A DNA stretch of 64,000 nucleotides from the human T2T-CHM13v2.0 reference genome, Homo sapiens. Below are positions 28,658-43,600 of this stretch, one piece after another. A program made the translations under genes and the position numbers. The notes under the pieces were generated by a model. That model saw only the letters and a list, made by a program, of their open reading frames with translations, was not told the origin of the DNA and did not search any database. Position 1 is the first letter of the stretch, and the number at the start of each line of letters is the position of its first letter. Location of the stretch: NCBI RefSeq assembly GCF_009914755.1, contig NC_060939.1; one strand, written 5' to 3'.

Positions 28658-31600
28658 TTGGATTCCATGCTATATCTATAAATTCAATTCGAGACCATTG
28701 CTTTTGAGTCCATTCTATATGATTCCATTCCATTCAAGTCCATTACATTTGGTTCAATTCCATTCCATTCCATTCCCTTCCATTACATTCCATTTGATAT
28801 CAATCCATTCGATTCCATTCCATTCGAGCACATTCCATTCGAGTCCATTCCATTCGATGCCATTCCATTTGATTCTATTCCATTAGTCTCCATTCAATTC
28901 CATTAATCTCCATTCCATTCCATTCTACTCCAACTGATTCCATTCCATTCTATTCCTTTCCATTCCATTTCATTCCATTCCATTCCATTTCATTCCATTC
29001 CATTCCATTCGTGTCCATTCCACTCCAGTCTATTCCATTCGTGTCCATTCCATTCCAGTCCATTCCATTTGTGTCCACTGCATTCCATTCCACTCCATTC
29101 CATATTATTCCATTACACTCCATTCCATTCTATTACTTTCATTTCCATTCAATTCCATTCCATTTGATTCCATTCCACTCGGTTTCATTCCATTTGAGTC
29201 CACTCCATTCCATTCCATTCCATTCCATTCAGTTCCATTCCATTCTGTTCCATTCCATTCCGTTCCATTACATTCCATTCCATTCGGTACCATTCCATAT
29301 TGTTCCATTCGATTCCATTCGAATCCATTCCATTCCAGTCCATTCCATTCGATTCCATTCCATTCATTTCAATTCCATTCCATTCCATTCCATTACATTC
29401 CACTTGATTCCTCTCCATTCCCTTCCACTGCATTCCGTTCGATTCCATTCCATTGCATTGCATTCCATTCCATTGGATTGCATTCCTTTCGATTCCATTC
29501 CATTCGAATCAATTACATAGCAATCCATTACATTCGAGTCTATTCTCTTCCGTTCCATTCGATTTCGTTCCAATCCATTCGATTCCATTCCATTCGATTC
29601 CATTCCATACTATTGCATTCCATTCGATTACATTATATTCGAATAAGTTCCATTCAAGACCATTTCTTTTGAGTCCATTCTATTTGAGTCCATTCCCTTT
29701 GATTCCATAACATTTGAGTCCATTCAATTCCATTCCTTTCGTTTCCATTCCATTTGATGCCATTCCATTCAATTCTGTTCTACTCGACTCCAATACATTC
29801 AATTCCATTCCATCCGATTCCATTACATTCTTTTCATTTCTTATCCATTTCAAGCCATTCCACTCCATTCCATTCCACTCGTTTCCTTTCCATTCGAGTC
29901 CATTCCTCTCCAGTCCATTCCGTTCAATCCATTCCATTCCAGTCCATTCCATTCGAGTCCGTTCCATTCCAGTCCATTCCATTCGAGTCAATTCCATCCC
30001 ATTCGATGTCTTTCCATAACGATCCATTCCATTCTATTCCTTTTGATTCCATTCCATTCTATTTCATTCCATTCGATTCCCTTCCATTGGACTCCTTTCC
30101 ATTCGAGTGCATTCCATTCCGTTCCATTTCTTTCCGTTCTGTACGATTCCTACCGTTCGATTTCATTTTGTTCCAGTCCATTCCTTTCGCGTCCATTCCA
30201 TTCCATTTCACTCCATTCGATTCCATTCCACTCGATTCCACTTCGTTCCATTTCATTGCATTCCATTCTATTCAACTCTATTGCCTTCCATTCCATTCCA
30301 TTCGATTACATTCCATGCGATTCCATTCGAAATCGAATCAATTACATTGCAATCCATTACTATTGAGTCCGTTTTATTCCAGTCCACTGCATTCTGGTCC
30401 ATTCCATTTGATTCCATTCCATTCTATTCCATTCCATACAGTTGCATTCCATTGGATTCCATGCTATATCTATAAATTCAATTCGAGACCATTGCTTTTG
30501 AGTCCATTCTATATGATTCCATTCCATTCAAGTCCATTACATTTGGTTCAATTCCATTCCATTCCATTCCCTTCCATTCCATTCCATTTGATATCAATCC
30601 ATTCGATTCCATTCCATTCGAGCACATTCCATTCCACTCCATTCCATTCGATGCCATTCCATTTGATTCTATTCCATTAGTCTCCATTCAATTCCATTAA
30701 TCTCCATTCCATTCCATTCTACTCCAACTGATTCCATTTCATTCTATTCCTTTCCATTCCATTTCATTCCATTCCATTCCATTCGTGTCCATTCCACTCC
30801 AGTCCATTCCATTCGTGTCCATTCCATTCCAGTCCATTCCATTTGTGTCCACTGCATTCCATTCCACTCCATTCCATATTATTCCATTACACTCCATTCC
30901 ATTCTATTACTTTCATTTCCATTCAATTCCATTCCATTTGATTCCATTCCACTCGGTTTCATTCCATTTGAGTCCACTCCATTCCATTCCATTCCATTCC
31001 ATTCAGTTCCATTCCATTCTGTTCCATTCCATTCCGTTCCATTACATTCCATTCCATTCGGTACCATTCCGTATTGTTCCATTCGATTCCATTCGAATCC
31101 ATTCCATTCCAGTCCATTCCATTCGATTCCATTCCATTCATTTCAATTCCATTCCATTCCATTCCATTCCATTCCACTTGATTCCTCTCCATTCCCTTCC
31201 ACTGCATTCCGTTCGATTCCTTTCCATTGCATTGCATTCCATTCCATTGGATTGCATTCCATTCCATTCCATTCCATTCGAATCAATTACATAGCAATCC
31301 ATTACATTCGAGTCTATTCTATTCCGTTCCATTCGATTTCGTTCCAATCCATTCGATTCCATTCCATTCGATTCCATTCCATACTATTGCATTCCATTCG
31401 ATTAGATTATATTCGAATAAGTTCCATTCAAGACCATTTCTTTTGAGTCCATTCTATTTGAGTCCATTCCCTTTGATTCCATAACATTTGAGTCCATTCA
31501 ATTCCATTCCTTTCGTTTCCATTCCATTTGATGCCATTCCATTCAATTCTGTTCTACTCGACTCCAATACATTCAATTCCATTCCATCCGATTCCATTAC

Positions 31601-34600
31601 ATTCTTTTCATTTCTTATCCATTTCAAGCCATTCCACTCCATTCCATTCCACTCGTTTCCTTTCCATTCGAGTCCATTCCTCTCCAGTCCATTCCGTTCA
31701 ATCCATTCCATTCCAGTCCATTCCATTCGAGTCCGTTCCATTCCAGTCCATTCCATTCGAGTCAATTCCATTCCATTCGATGTCTTTCCATAACGATCCA
31801 TTCCATTCTATTCCTTTCGATTCCATTCCATTCTATTTCATTCCATTCGATTCCCTTCCATTGGACTCCTTTCCATTCGATTGCATTCCATTCCGTTCCA
31901 TTTCTTTCCGTTCTGTACGATTCCTACCGTTCGATTTCATTTTGTTCCAGTCCATTCCTTTCGCGTCCATTCCATTCCATTTCACTCCATTCGATTCCAT
32001 TCCACTCGATTCCACTTCGTTCCATTTCATTGCATTCCATTCTATTCAACTCTATTGCCTTCCATTCCATTCCATTCGATTACATTCCATGCGATTCCAT
32101 TCGAAATCGAATCAATTACATTGCAATCCATTACTATTGAGTCCGTTTTATTCCAGTCCACTGCATTCTGGTCCATTCCATTTGATTCCATTCCATTCTA
32201 TTCCATTCCATACAGTTGCATTCCATTGGATTCCATGCTATATCTATAAATTCAATTCGAGACCATTGCTTTTGAGTCCATTCTATATGATTCCATTCCA
32301 TTCAAGTCCATTACATTTGGTTCAATTCCATTCCATTCCATTCCGTTCCATTCCATTCCATTTGATATCAATCCATTCGATTCCATTCCATTCGAGCATA
32401 TTCCATTCCAGTCCATTCCATTCGATGCCATTCCATTTGATTCTATTCCATTAGTCTCCATTCAATTCCATTAATCTCCATTCCATTCCATTCTACTCCA
32501 ACTGATTCCATTCCATTCTATTCCTTTCCATTCCATTTCATTCCATTCCATTCCATTGCATTCCATTCCATTCCATTCGTGTCCATTCCACTCCAGTCCA
32601 TTCCATTCGTGTCCATTCCATTCCAGTCCATTCCATTTGTGTCCACTGCATTCCATTCCACTCCATTCCATATTATTCCATTACACTCCATTCCATTCTA
32701 TTACTTTCATTTCCATTCAATTCCATTCCATTTGATTCCATTCCACTCGGTTTCATTCCATTTGAGTCCACTCCATTCCATTCCATTCCATTCCATTCAG
32801 TTCCATTCCATTCTGTTCCACTCCATTCCGTTCCATTACATTCCATTCCATTCGGTACCATTCCATATTGTTCCATTCGATTCCATTCGAATCCATTCCA
32901 TTCCAGTCCATTCCATTCGATTCCATTCCATTCATTTCAATTCCATTCCATTCCATTCCATTACATTCCACTTGATTCCTCTCCATTCCCTTCCACTGCA
33001 TTCCGTTCGATTCCATTCCATTGCATTGCATTCCATTCCATTGGATTGCATTCCTTTCGATTCCATTCCATTCGAATCAATTACATAGCAATCCATTACA
33101 TTCGAGTCTATTCTATTCCGTTCCATTCGATTTCGTTCCAATCCATTCGATTCCATTCCATTCGATTCCATTCCATACTATTGCATTCCATTCGATTACA
33201 TTATATTCGAATAAGTTCCATTCAAGACCATTTCTTTTGAGTCCATTCTATTTGAGTCCATTCCCTTTGATTCCATAACATTTGAGTCCATTCAATTCCA
33301 TTCCTTTCGTTTCCATTCCATTTGATGCCATTCCATTCAATTCTGTTCTACTCGACTCCAATACATTCAATTCCATTCCATCCGATTCCATTACATTCTT
33401 TTCATTTCTTATCCATTTCAAGCCATTCCACTCCATTCCATTCCACTCGTTTCCTTTCCATTCGAGTCCATTCCTCTCCAGTCCATTCCGTTCAATCCAT
33501 TCCATTCCAGTCCATTCCATTCGAGTCCGTTCCATTCCAGTCCATTCCATTCGAGTCAATTCCATCCCATTCGATGTCTTTCCATAACGATCCATTCCAT
33601 TCTATTCCTTTCGATTCCATTCCATTCTATTTCATTCCATTCGATTCCCTTCCATTGGACTCCTTTCCATTCGAGTGCATTCCATTCCGTTCCATTTCTT
33701 TCCGTTCTGTACGATTCCTACCGTTCGATTTCATTTTGTTCCAGTCCATTCCTTTCGCGTCCATTCCATTCCATTTCACTCCATTCGATTCCATTCCACT
33801 CGATTCCACTTCGTTCCATTTCATTGCATTCCATTCTATTCAACTCTATTGCCTTCCATTCCATTCCATTCGATTACATTCCATGCGATTCCATTCGAAA
33901 TCGAATCAATTACATTGCAATCCATTACTATTGAGTCCGTTTTATTCCAGTCCACTGCATTCTGGTCCATTCCATTTGATTCCATTCCATTCTATTCCAT
34001 TCCATACAGTTGCATTCCATTGGATTCCATGCTATATCTATAAATTCAATTCGAGACCATTGCTTTTGAGTCCATTCTATATGATTCCATTCCATTCAAG
34101 TCCATTACATTTGGTTCAATTCCATTCCATTCCATTCCCTTCCATTCCATTCCATTTGATATCAATCCATTCGATTCCATTCCATTCGAGCACATTCCAT
34201 TCGAGTCCATTCCATTCGATGCCATTCCATTTGATTCTATTCCATTAGTCTCCATTCAATTCCATTAATCTCCATTCCATTCCATTCTACTCCAACTGAT
34301 TCCATTCCATTCTATTCCTTTCCATTCCATTTCATTCCATTCCATTCCATTTCATTCCATTCCATTCCATTCGTGTCCATTCCACCCCAGTCCATTCCAT
34401 TCGTGTCCATTCCATTCCAGTCCATTCCATTTGTGTCCACTGCATTCCATTCCACTCCATTCCATATTATTCCATTACACTCCATTCCATTCTATTACTT
34501 TCATTTCCATTCAATTCCATTCCATTTGATTCCATTCCACTCGGTTTCATTCCATTTGAGTCCACTCCATTCCATTCCATTCCATTCCATTCAGTTCCAT

Positions 34601-37600
34601 TCCATTCTGTTCCATTCCATTCCGTTCCATTACATTCCATTCCATTCGGTACCATTCCATATTGTTCCATTCGATTCCATTCGAATCCATTCCATTCCAG
34701 TCCATTCCAATCGATTCCATTCCATTCATTTCAATTCCATTCCATTCCATTCCATTACATTCCACTTGATTCCTCTCCATTCCCTTCCACTGCATTCCGT
34801 TCGATTCCATTCCATTGCATTGCATTCCATTCCATTGGATTGCATTCCATTCGATTCCATTCCATTCGAATCAATTACATAGCAATCCATTACTTTCGAG
34901 TCTATTCTATTCCGTTCCATTCGATTTCGTTCCAATCCATTCGACTCCATTCCATTCGATTCCATTCCATACTATTGCATTCCATTCGATTACATTATAT
35001 TCGAATAAGTTCCATTCAAGACCATTTCTTTTGAGTCCATTCTATTTGAGTCCATTCCCTTTGATTCCATAACATTTGAGTCCATTCAATTCCATTCCTT
35101 TCGTTTCCATTCCATTTGATGCCATTCCATTCAATTCTGTTCTACTCGACTCCAATACATTCAATTCCATTCCATCCGATTCCATTACATTCTTTTCATT
35201 TCTTATCCATTTCAAGCCATTCCACTCCATTCCATTCCACTCGTTTCCTTTCCATTCGCGTCCATTCCTCTCCAGTCCATTCCGTTCAATCCATTCCATT
35301 CCAGTCCATTCCATTCGAGTCCGTTCCATTCCAGTCCATTCCATTCGAGTCAATTCCATCCCATTCGATGTCTTTCCATAACGATCCATTCCATTCTATT
35401 CCTTTCGATTCCATTCCATTCTATTTCATTCCATTCGATTCCCTTCCATTGGACTCCTTTCCATTCGAGTGCATTCCATTCCGTTCCATTTCTTTCCGTT
35501 CTGTACGATTCCTACCGTTCGATTTCATTTTGTTCCAGTCCATTCCTTTCGCGTCCATTCCATTCCATTTCACTCCATTCGATTCCATTCCACTCGATTC
35601 CACTTCGTTCCATTTCATTGCATTCCATTCTATTCAACTCTATTGCCTTCCATTCCATTCCATTCGATTACATTCCATGCGATTCCATTCGAAATCGAAT
35701 CAATTACATTGCAATCCATTACTATTGAGTCCGTTTTATTCCAGTCCACTGCATTCTGGTCCATTCCATTTGATTCCATTCCATTCTATTCCATTCCATA
35801 CAGTTGCATTCCATTGGATTCCATGCTATATCTATAAATTCAATTCGAGACCATTGCTTTTGAGTCCATTCTATATGATTCCATTCCATTCAAGTCCATT
35901 ACATTTGGTTCAATTCCATTCCATTCCATTCCCTTCCATTCCATTCCATTTGATATCAATCCATTCGATTCCATTCCATTCGAGCACATTCCATTCGAGT
36001 CCATTCCATTCGATGCCATTCCATTTGATTCTATTCCATTAGTCTCCATTCAATTCCATTAATCTCCATTCCATTCCATTCTACTCCAACTGATTCCATT
36101 CCATTCTATTCCTTTCCATTCCATTTCATTCCATTCCATTCCATTTAATTCCATTCCATTCCATTCGTGTCCATTCCACTCCAGTCCATTCCATTCGTGT
36201 CCATTCCATTCCAGTCCATTCCATTTGTGTCCACTGCATTCCATTCCACTCCATTCCATATTATTCCATTACACTCCATTCCATTCTATTACTTTCATTT
36301 CCATTCAATTCCATTCCATTTGATTCCATTCTACTCGGTTTCATTCCATTTGAGTCCACTCCATTCCATTCCATTCCATTCCATTCAGTTCCATTCCATT
36401 CTGTTCCATTCCATTCCTTTCCATTACATTCCATTCCATTCGGTACCATTCCATATTGTTCCATTCGATTCCATTCGAATCCATTCCATTCCAGTCCATT
36501 CCATTCGATTCCATTCCATTCATTTCAATTCCATTCCATTCCATTCCATTACATTCCACTTGATTCCTCTCCATTCCCTTCCACTGCATTCCGTTCGATT
36601 CCATTCCATTGCATTGCATTCCATTCCATTGGATTGCATTCCATTCGATTCCATTCCATTCGAATCAATTACATAGCAATCCATTACATTCGAGTCTATT
36701 CTATTCCGTTCCATTCGATTTCGTTCCAATCCATTCGATTCCATTCCATTCGATTCCATTCCATACTATTGCATTCCATTCGATTACATTATATTCGAAT
36801 AAGTTCCATTCAAGACCATTTCTTTTGAGTCCATTCTATTTGAGTCCATTCCCTTTGATTCCATAACATTTGAGTCCATTCAATTCCATTCCTTTCGTTT
36901 CCATTCCATTTGATGCCATTCCATTCAATTCTGTTCTACTCGACTCCAATACATTCAATTCCATTCCATCCGATTCCATTACATTCTTTTCATTTCTTAT
37001 CCATTTCAAGCCATTCCACTCCATTCCATTCCACTCGTTTCCTTTCCATTCGAGTCCATTCCTCTCCAGTCCATTCCGTTCAATCCATTCCATTCCAGTC
37101 CATTCCATTCGAGTCCGTTCCATTCCAGTCCATTCCATTCGAGTCAATTCCATTCCATTCGATGTCTTTCCATAACGATCCATTCCATTCTATTCCTTTC
37201 GATTCCATTCCATTCTATTTCATTCCATTCGATTCCCTTCCATTGGACTCCTTTCCATTCGAGTGCATTCCATTCCTTTCCATTTCTTTCCGTTCTGTAC
37301 GATTCGTACCGTTCGATTTCATTTTGTTCCAGTCCATTCCTTTCGCGTCCATTCCATTCCATTTCACTCCATTCGATTCCATTCCACTCGATTCCACTTC
37401 GTTCCATTTCATTGCATTCCATTCTATTCAACTCTATTGCCTTCCATTCCATTCCATTCGATTACATTCCATGCGATTCCATTCGAAATCGAATCAATTA
37501 CATTGCAATCCATTACTATTGAGTCCGTTTTATTCCAGTCCACTGCATTCTGGTCCATTCCATTTGATTCCCTTCCATTCTATTCCATTCCATACAGTTG

Positions 37601-40600
37601 CATTCCATTGGATTCCATGCTATATCTATAAATTCAATTCGAGACCATTGCTTTTGAGTCCATTCTATATGATTCCATTCCATTCAAGTCCATTACATTT
37701 GGTTCAATTCCATTCCATTCCATTCCCTTCCATTCCATTCCATTTGATATCAATCCATTCGATTCCATTCCATTCGAGCACATTCCATTCGAGTCCATTC
37801 CATTCGATGCCATTCCATTTGATTCTATTCCATTAGTCTCCATTCAATTCCATTAATCTCCATTCCATTCCATTCTACTCCAACTGATTCCATTCCATTC
37901 TATTCCTTTCCATTCCATTTCATTCCATTCCATTCCATTTCATTCCATTCCATTCCATTCGTGTCCATTCCACTCCAGTCCATTCCATTCGTGTCCATTC
38001 CATTCCAGTCCATTCCATTTGTGTCCACTGCATTCCATTCCACTCCATTCCATATTATTCCATTACACTCCATTCCATTCTATTACTTTCATTTCCATTC
38101 AATTCCATTCCATTTGATTCCATTCCACTCGGTTTCATTCCATTTGAGTCCACTCCATTCCATTCCATTCCATTCCATTCAGTTCCATTCCATTCTGTTC
38201 CATTCCATTCCGTTCCATTACATTCCATTCCATTCGGTACCATTCCATATTGTTCCATTCGATTCCATTCGAATCCATTCCATTCCAGTCCATTCCATTC
38301 GATTCCATTCCATTCATTTCAATTCCATTCCATTCCATTCCATTCCATTCCACTTGATTCCTCTCCATTCCCTTCCACTGCATTCCGTTCGATTCCATTC
38401 CATTGCATTGCATTCCATTCCATTGGATTGCATTCCATTCGATTCCATTCCATTCGAATCAATTACATAGCAATCCATTACATTCGAGTCTATTCTCTTC
38501 CGTTCCATTCGATTTCGTTCCAATCCATTCGATTCCATTCCATTCGATTCCATTCCATACTATTGCATTCCATTCGATTACATTATATTCGAATAAGTTC
38601 CATTCAAGACCATTTCTTTTGAGTCCATTCTATTTGAGTCCATTCCCTTTGATTCCATAACATTTGAGTCCATTCAATTCCATTCCTTTCGTTTCCATTC
38701 CATTTGATGCCATTCCATTCAATTCTGTTCTACTCGACTCCAATACATTCAATTCCATTCCATCCGATTCCATTACATTCTTTTCATTTCTTATCCATTT
38801 CAAGCCATTCCACTCCATTCCATTCCACTCGTTTCCTTTCCATTCGAGTCCATTCCTCTCCAGTCCATTCCGTTCAATCCATTCCATTCCAGTCCATTCC
38901 ATTCGAGTCCGTTCCATTCCAGTCCATTCCATTCGAGTCAATTCCATTCCATTCGATGTCTTTCCATAACGATCCATTCCATTCTATTCCTTTCGATTCC
39001 ATTCCATTCTATTTCATTCCATTCGATTCCCTTCCATTGGACTCCTTTCCATTTGAGTGCATTCCATTCCGTTCCATTTCTTTCCGTTCTGTACGATTCC
39101 TACCGTTCGATTTCATTTTGTTCCAGTCCATTCCTTTCGCGTCCATTCCATTCCATTTCACTCCATTCGATTCCATTCCACTCGATTCCACTTCGTTCCA
39201 TTTCATTGCATTCCATTCTATTCAACTCTATTGCCTTCCATTCCATTCCATTCGATTACATTCCATGCGATTCCATTCGAAATCGAATCAATTACATTGC
39301 AATCCATTACTATTGAGTCCGTTTTATTCCAGTCCACTGCATTCTGGTCCATTCCATTTGATTCCATTCCATTCTATTCCATTCCATACAGTTGCATTCC
39401 ATTGGATTCCATGCTATATCTATAAATTCAATTCGAGACCATTGCTTTTGAGTCCATTCTATATGATTCCATTCCATTCAAGTCCATTACATTTGGTTCA
39501 ATTCCATTCCATTCCATTCCCTTCCATTCCATTCCATTTGATATCAATCTATTCGATTCCATTCCATTCGAGCACATTCCATTCGAGTCCATTCCATTCG
39601 ATGCCATTCCATTTGATTCTATTCCATTAGTCTCCATTCAATTCCATTAATCTCCTTTCCATTCCATTCTACTCCAACTGATTCCATTCCATTCTATTCC
39701 TTTCCATTCCATTTCATTCCATTCCATTCCATTTCATTCCATTCCATTCCATTCGTGTCCATTCCACTCCAGTCCATTCCATTCATGTCCATTCCATTCC
39801 AGTCCATTCCATTTGTGTCCACTGCATTCCATTCCACTCCATTCCATATTATTCCATTACACTCCATTCCATTCTATTACTTTCATTTCCATTCAATTCC
39901 ATTCCATTTGATTCCATTCCACTCGGTTTCATTCCATTTGAGTCCACTCCATTCCATTCCATTCCATTCCATTCAGTTCCATTCCATTCTGTTCCATTCC
40001 ATTCCGTTCCATTACATTCCATTCCATTCGGTACCATTCCATATTGTTCCATTCGATTCCATTCGAATCCATTCCATTCCAGTCCATTCCATTCGATTCC
40101 ATTCCATTCATTTCAATTCCATTCCATTCCATTCCATTACATTCCACTTGATTCCTCTCCATTCCCTTCCACTGCATTCCGTTCGATTCCATTCCATTGC
40201 ATTGCATTCCATTCCATTGGATTGCATTCCATTCGATTCCATTCCATTCGAATCAATTACATAGCAATCCATTACATTCGAGTCTATTCTATTCCGTTCC
40301 ATTCGATTTCGTTCCAATCCATTCGACTCCATTCCATTCGATTCCATTCCATACTATTGCATTCCATTCGATTACATTATATTCGAATAAGTTCCATTCA
40401 AGACCATTTCTTTTGAGTCCATTCTATTTGAGTCCATTCCCTTTGATTCCATAATATTTGAGTCCATTCAATTCCATTCCTTTCGTTTCCATTCCATTTG
40501 ATGCCATTCCATTCAATTCTGTTCTACTCGACTCCAATACATTCAATTCCATTCCATCCGATTCCATTACATTCTTTTCATTTCTTATCCATTTCAAGCC

Positions 40601-43600
40601 ATTCCACTCCATTCCATTCCACTCGTTTCCTTTCCATTCGCGTCCATTCCTCTCCAGTCCATTCCGTTCAATCCATTCCATTCCAGTCCATTCCATTCGA
40701 GTCCGTTCCATTCCAGTCCATTCCATTCGAGTCAATTCCATCCCATTCGATGTCTTTCCATAACGATCCATTCCATTCTATTCCTTTCGATTCCATTCCA
40801 TTCTATTTCATTCCATTCGATTCCCTTCCATTGGACTCCTTTCCATTCGAGTGCATTCCATTCCGTTCCATTTCTTTCCGTTCTGTACGATTCCTACCGT
40901 TCGATTTCATTTTGTTCCAGTCCATTCCTTTCGCGTCCATTCCATTCCATTTCACTCCATTCGATTCCATTCCACTCGATTCCACTTCGTTCCATTTCAT
41001 TGCATTCCATTCTATTCAACTCTATTGCCTTCCATTCCATTCCATTCGATTACATTCCATGCGATTCCATTCGAAATCGAATCAATTACATTGCAATCCA
41101 TTACTATTGAGTCCGTTTTATTCCAGTCCACTGCATTCTGGTCCATTCCATTTGATTCCATTCCATTCTATTCCATTCCATACAGTTGCATTCCATTGGA
41201 TTCCATGCTATATCTATAAATTCAATTCGAGACCATTGCTTTTGAGTCCATTCTATATGATTCCATTCCATTCAAGTCCATTACATTTGGTTCAATTCCA
41301 TTCCATTCCATTCCCTTCCATTCCATTCCATTTGATATCAATCCATTCGATTCCATTCCATTCGAGCACATTCCATTCGAGTCCATTCCATTCGATGCCA
41401 TTCCATTTGATTCTATTCCATTAGTCTCCATTCAATTCCATTAATCTCCATTCCATTCCATTCTACTCCAACTGATTCCATTTCATTCTATTCCTTTCCA
41501 TTCCATTTCATTCCATTCCATTCCATTCGTGTCCATTCCACTCCAGTCCATTCCATTCGTGTCCATTCCATTCCAGTCCATTCCATTTGTGTCCACTGCA
41601 TTCCATTCCACTCCATTCCATATTATTCCATTACACTCCATTCCATTCTATTACTTTCATTTCCATTCAATTCCATTCCATTTGATTCCATTCCACTCGG
41701 TTTCATTCCATTTGAGTCCACTCCATTCCATTCCATTCCATTCCATTCAGTTCCATTCCATTCTGTTCCATTCCATTCCGTTCCATTACATTCCATTCCA
41801 TTCGGTACCATTCCATATTGTTCCATTCGATTCCATTCGAATCCATTCCATTCCAGTCCATTCCATTCGATTCCATTCCATTCATTTCAATTCCATTCCA
41901 TTCCATTCCATTCCATTCCACTTGATTCCTCTCCATTCCCTTCCACTGCATTCCGTTCGATTCCATTCCATTGCATTGCATTCCATTCCATTGGATTGCA
42001 TTCCATTCGATTCCATTCCATTCGAATCAATTACATAGCAATCCATTACATTCGAGTCTATTCTCTTCCGTTCCATTCGATTTCGTTCCAATCCATTCGA
42101 TTCCATTCCATTCGATTCCATTCCATACTATTGCATTCCATTCGATTACATTATATTCGAATAAGTTCCATTCAAGACCATTTCTTTTGAGTCCATTCTA
42201 TTTGAGTCCATTCCCTTTGATTCCATAACATTTGAGTCCATTCAATTCCATTCCTTTCGTTTCCATTCCATTTGATGCCATTCCATTCAATTCTGTTCTA
42301 CTCGACTCCAATACATTCAATTCCATTCCATCCGATTCCATTACATTCTTTTCATTTCTTATCCATTTCAAGCCATTCCACTCCATTCCATTCCACTCGT
42401 TTCCTTTCCATTCGAGTCCATTCCTCTCCAGTCCATTCCGTTCAATCCATTCCATTCCAGTCCATTCCATTCGAGTCCGTTCCATTCCAGTCCATTCCAT
42501 TCGAGTCAATTCCATCCCATTCGATGTCTTTCCATAACGATCCATTCCATTCTATTCCTTTCAATTCCATTCCATTCTATTTCATTCCATTCGATTCCCT
42601 TCCATTGGACTCCTTTAAATTCGAGTGCATTCCATTCCGTTCCATTTCTTTCCGTTCTGTACGATTCCTACCGTTCGATTTCATTTTGTTCCAGTCCATT
42701 CCTTTCGCGTCCATTCCATTCCATTTCACTCCATTCGATTCCATTCCACTCGATTCCACTTCGTTCCATTTCATTGCATTCCATTCTATTCAACTCTATT
42801 GCCTTCCATTCCATTCCATTCGATTACATTCCATGCGATTCCATTCGAAATCGAATCAATTACATTGCAATCCATTACTATTGAGTCCGTTTTATTCCAG
42901 TCCACTGCATTCTGGTCCATTCCATTTGATTCCATTCCATTCTATTCCATTCCATACAGTTGCATTCCATTGGATTCCATGCTATATCTATAAATTCAAT
43001 TCGAGACCATTGCTTTTGAGTCCATTCTATATGATTCCATTCCATTCAAGTCCATTACATTTGGTTCAATTCCATTCCATTCCATTCCCTTCCATTCCAT
43101 TCCAGTTGATATCAATCCATTCGATTCCATTCCATTCGAGCACATTCCATTCGAGTCCATTCCATTCGATGCCATTCCATTTGATTCTATTCCATTAGTC
43201 TCCATTCAATTCCATTAATCTCCATTCCATTCCATTCTACTCCAACTGATTCCATTCCATTCTATTCCTTTCCATTCCATTTCATTCCATTCCATTCCAT
43301 TTCATTCCATTCCATTCCATTCGTGTCCATTCCACTCCAGTCCATTCCATTCGTGTCCATTCCATTCCAGTCCATTCCATTTGTGTCCACTGCATTCCAT
43401 TCCACTCCATTCCATATTATTCCATTACACTCCATTCCATTCTATTACTTTCATTTCCATTCAATTCCATTCCATTTGATTCCATTCCACTCGGTTTCAT
43501 TCCATTTGAGTCCACTCCATTCCATTCCATTCCATTCCATTCAGTTCCATTCCATTCTGTTCCATTCCATTCCGTTCCATTACATTCCATTCCATTCGGT

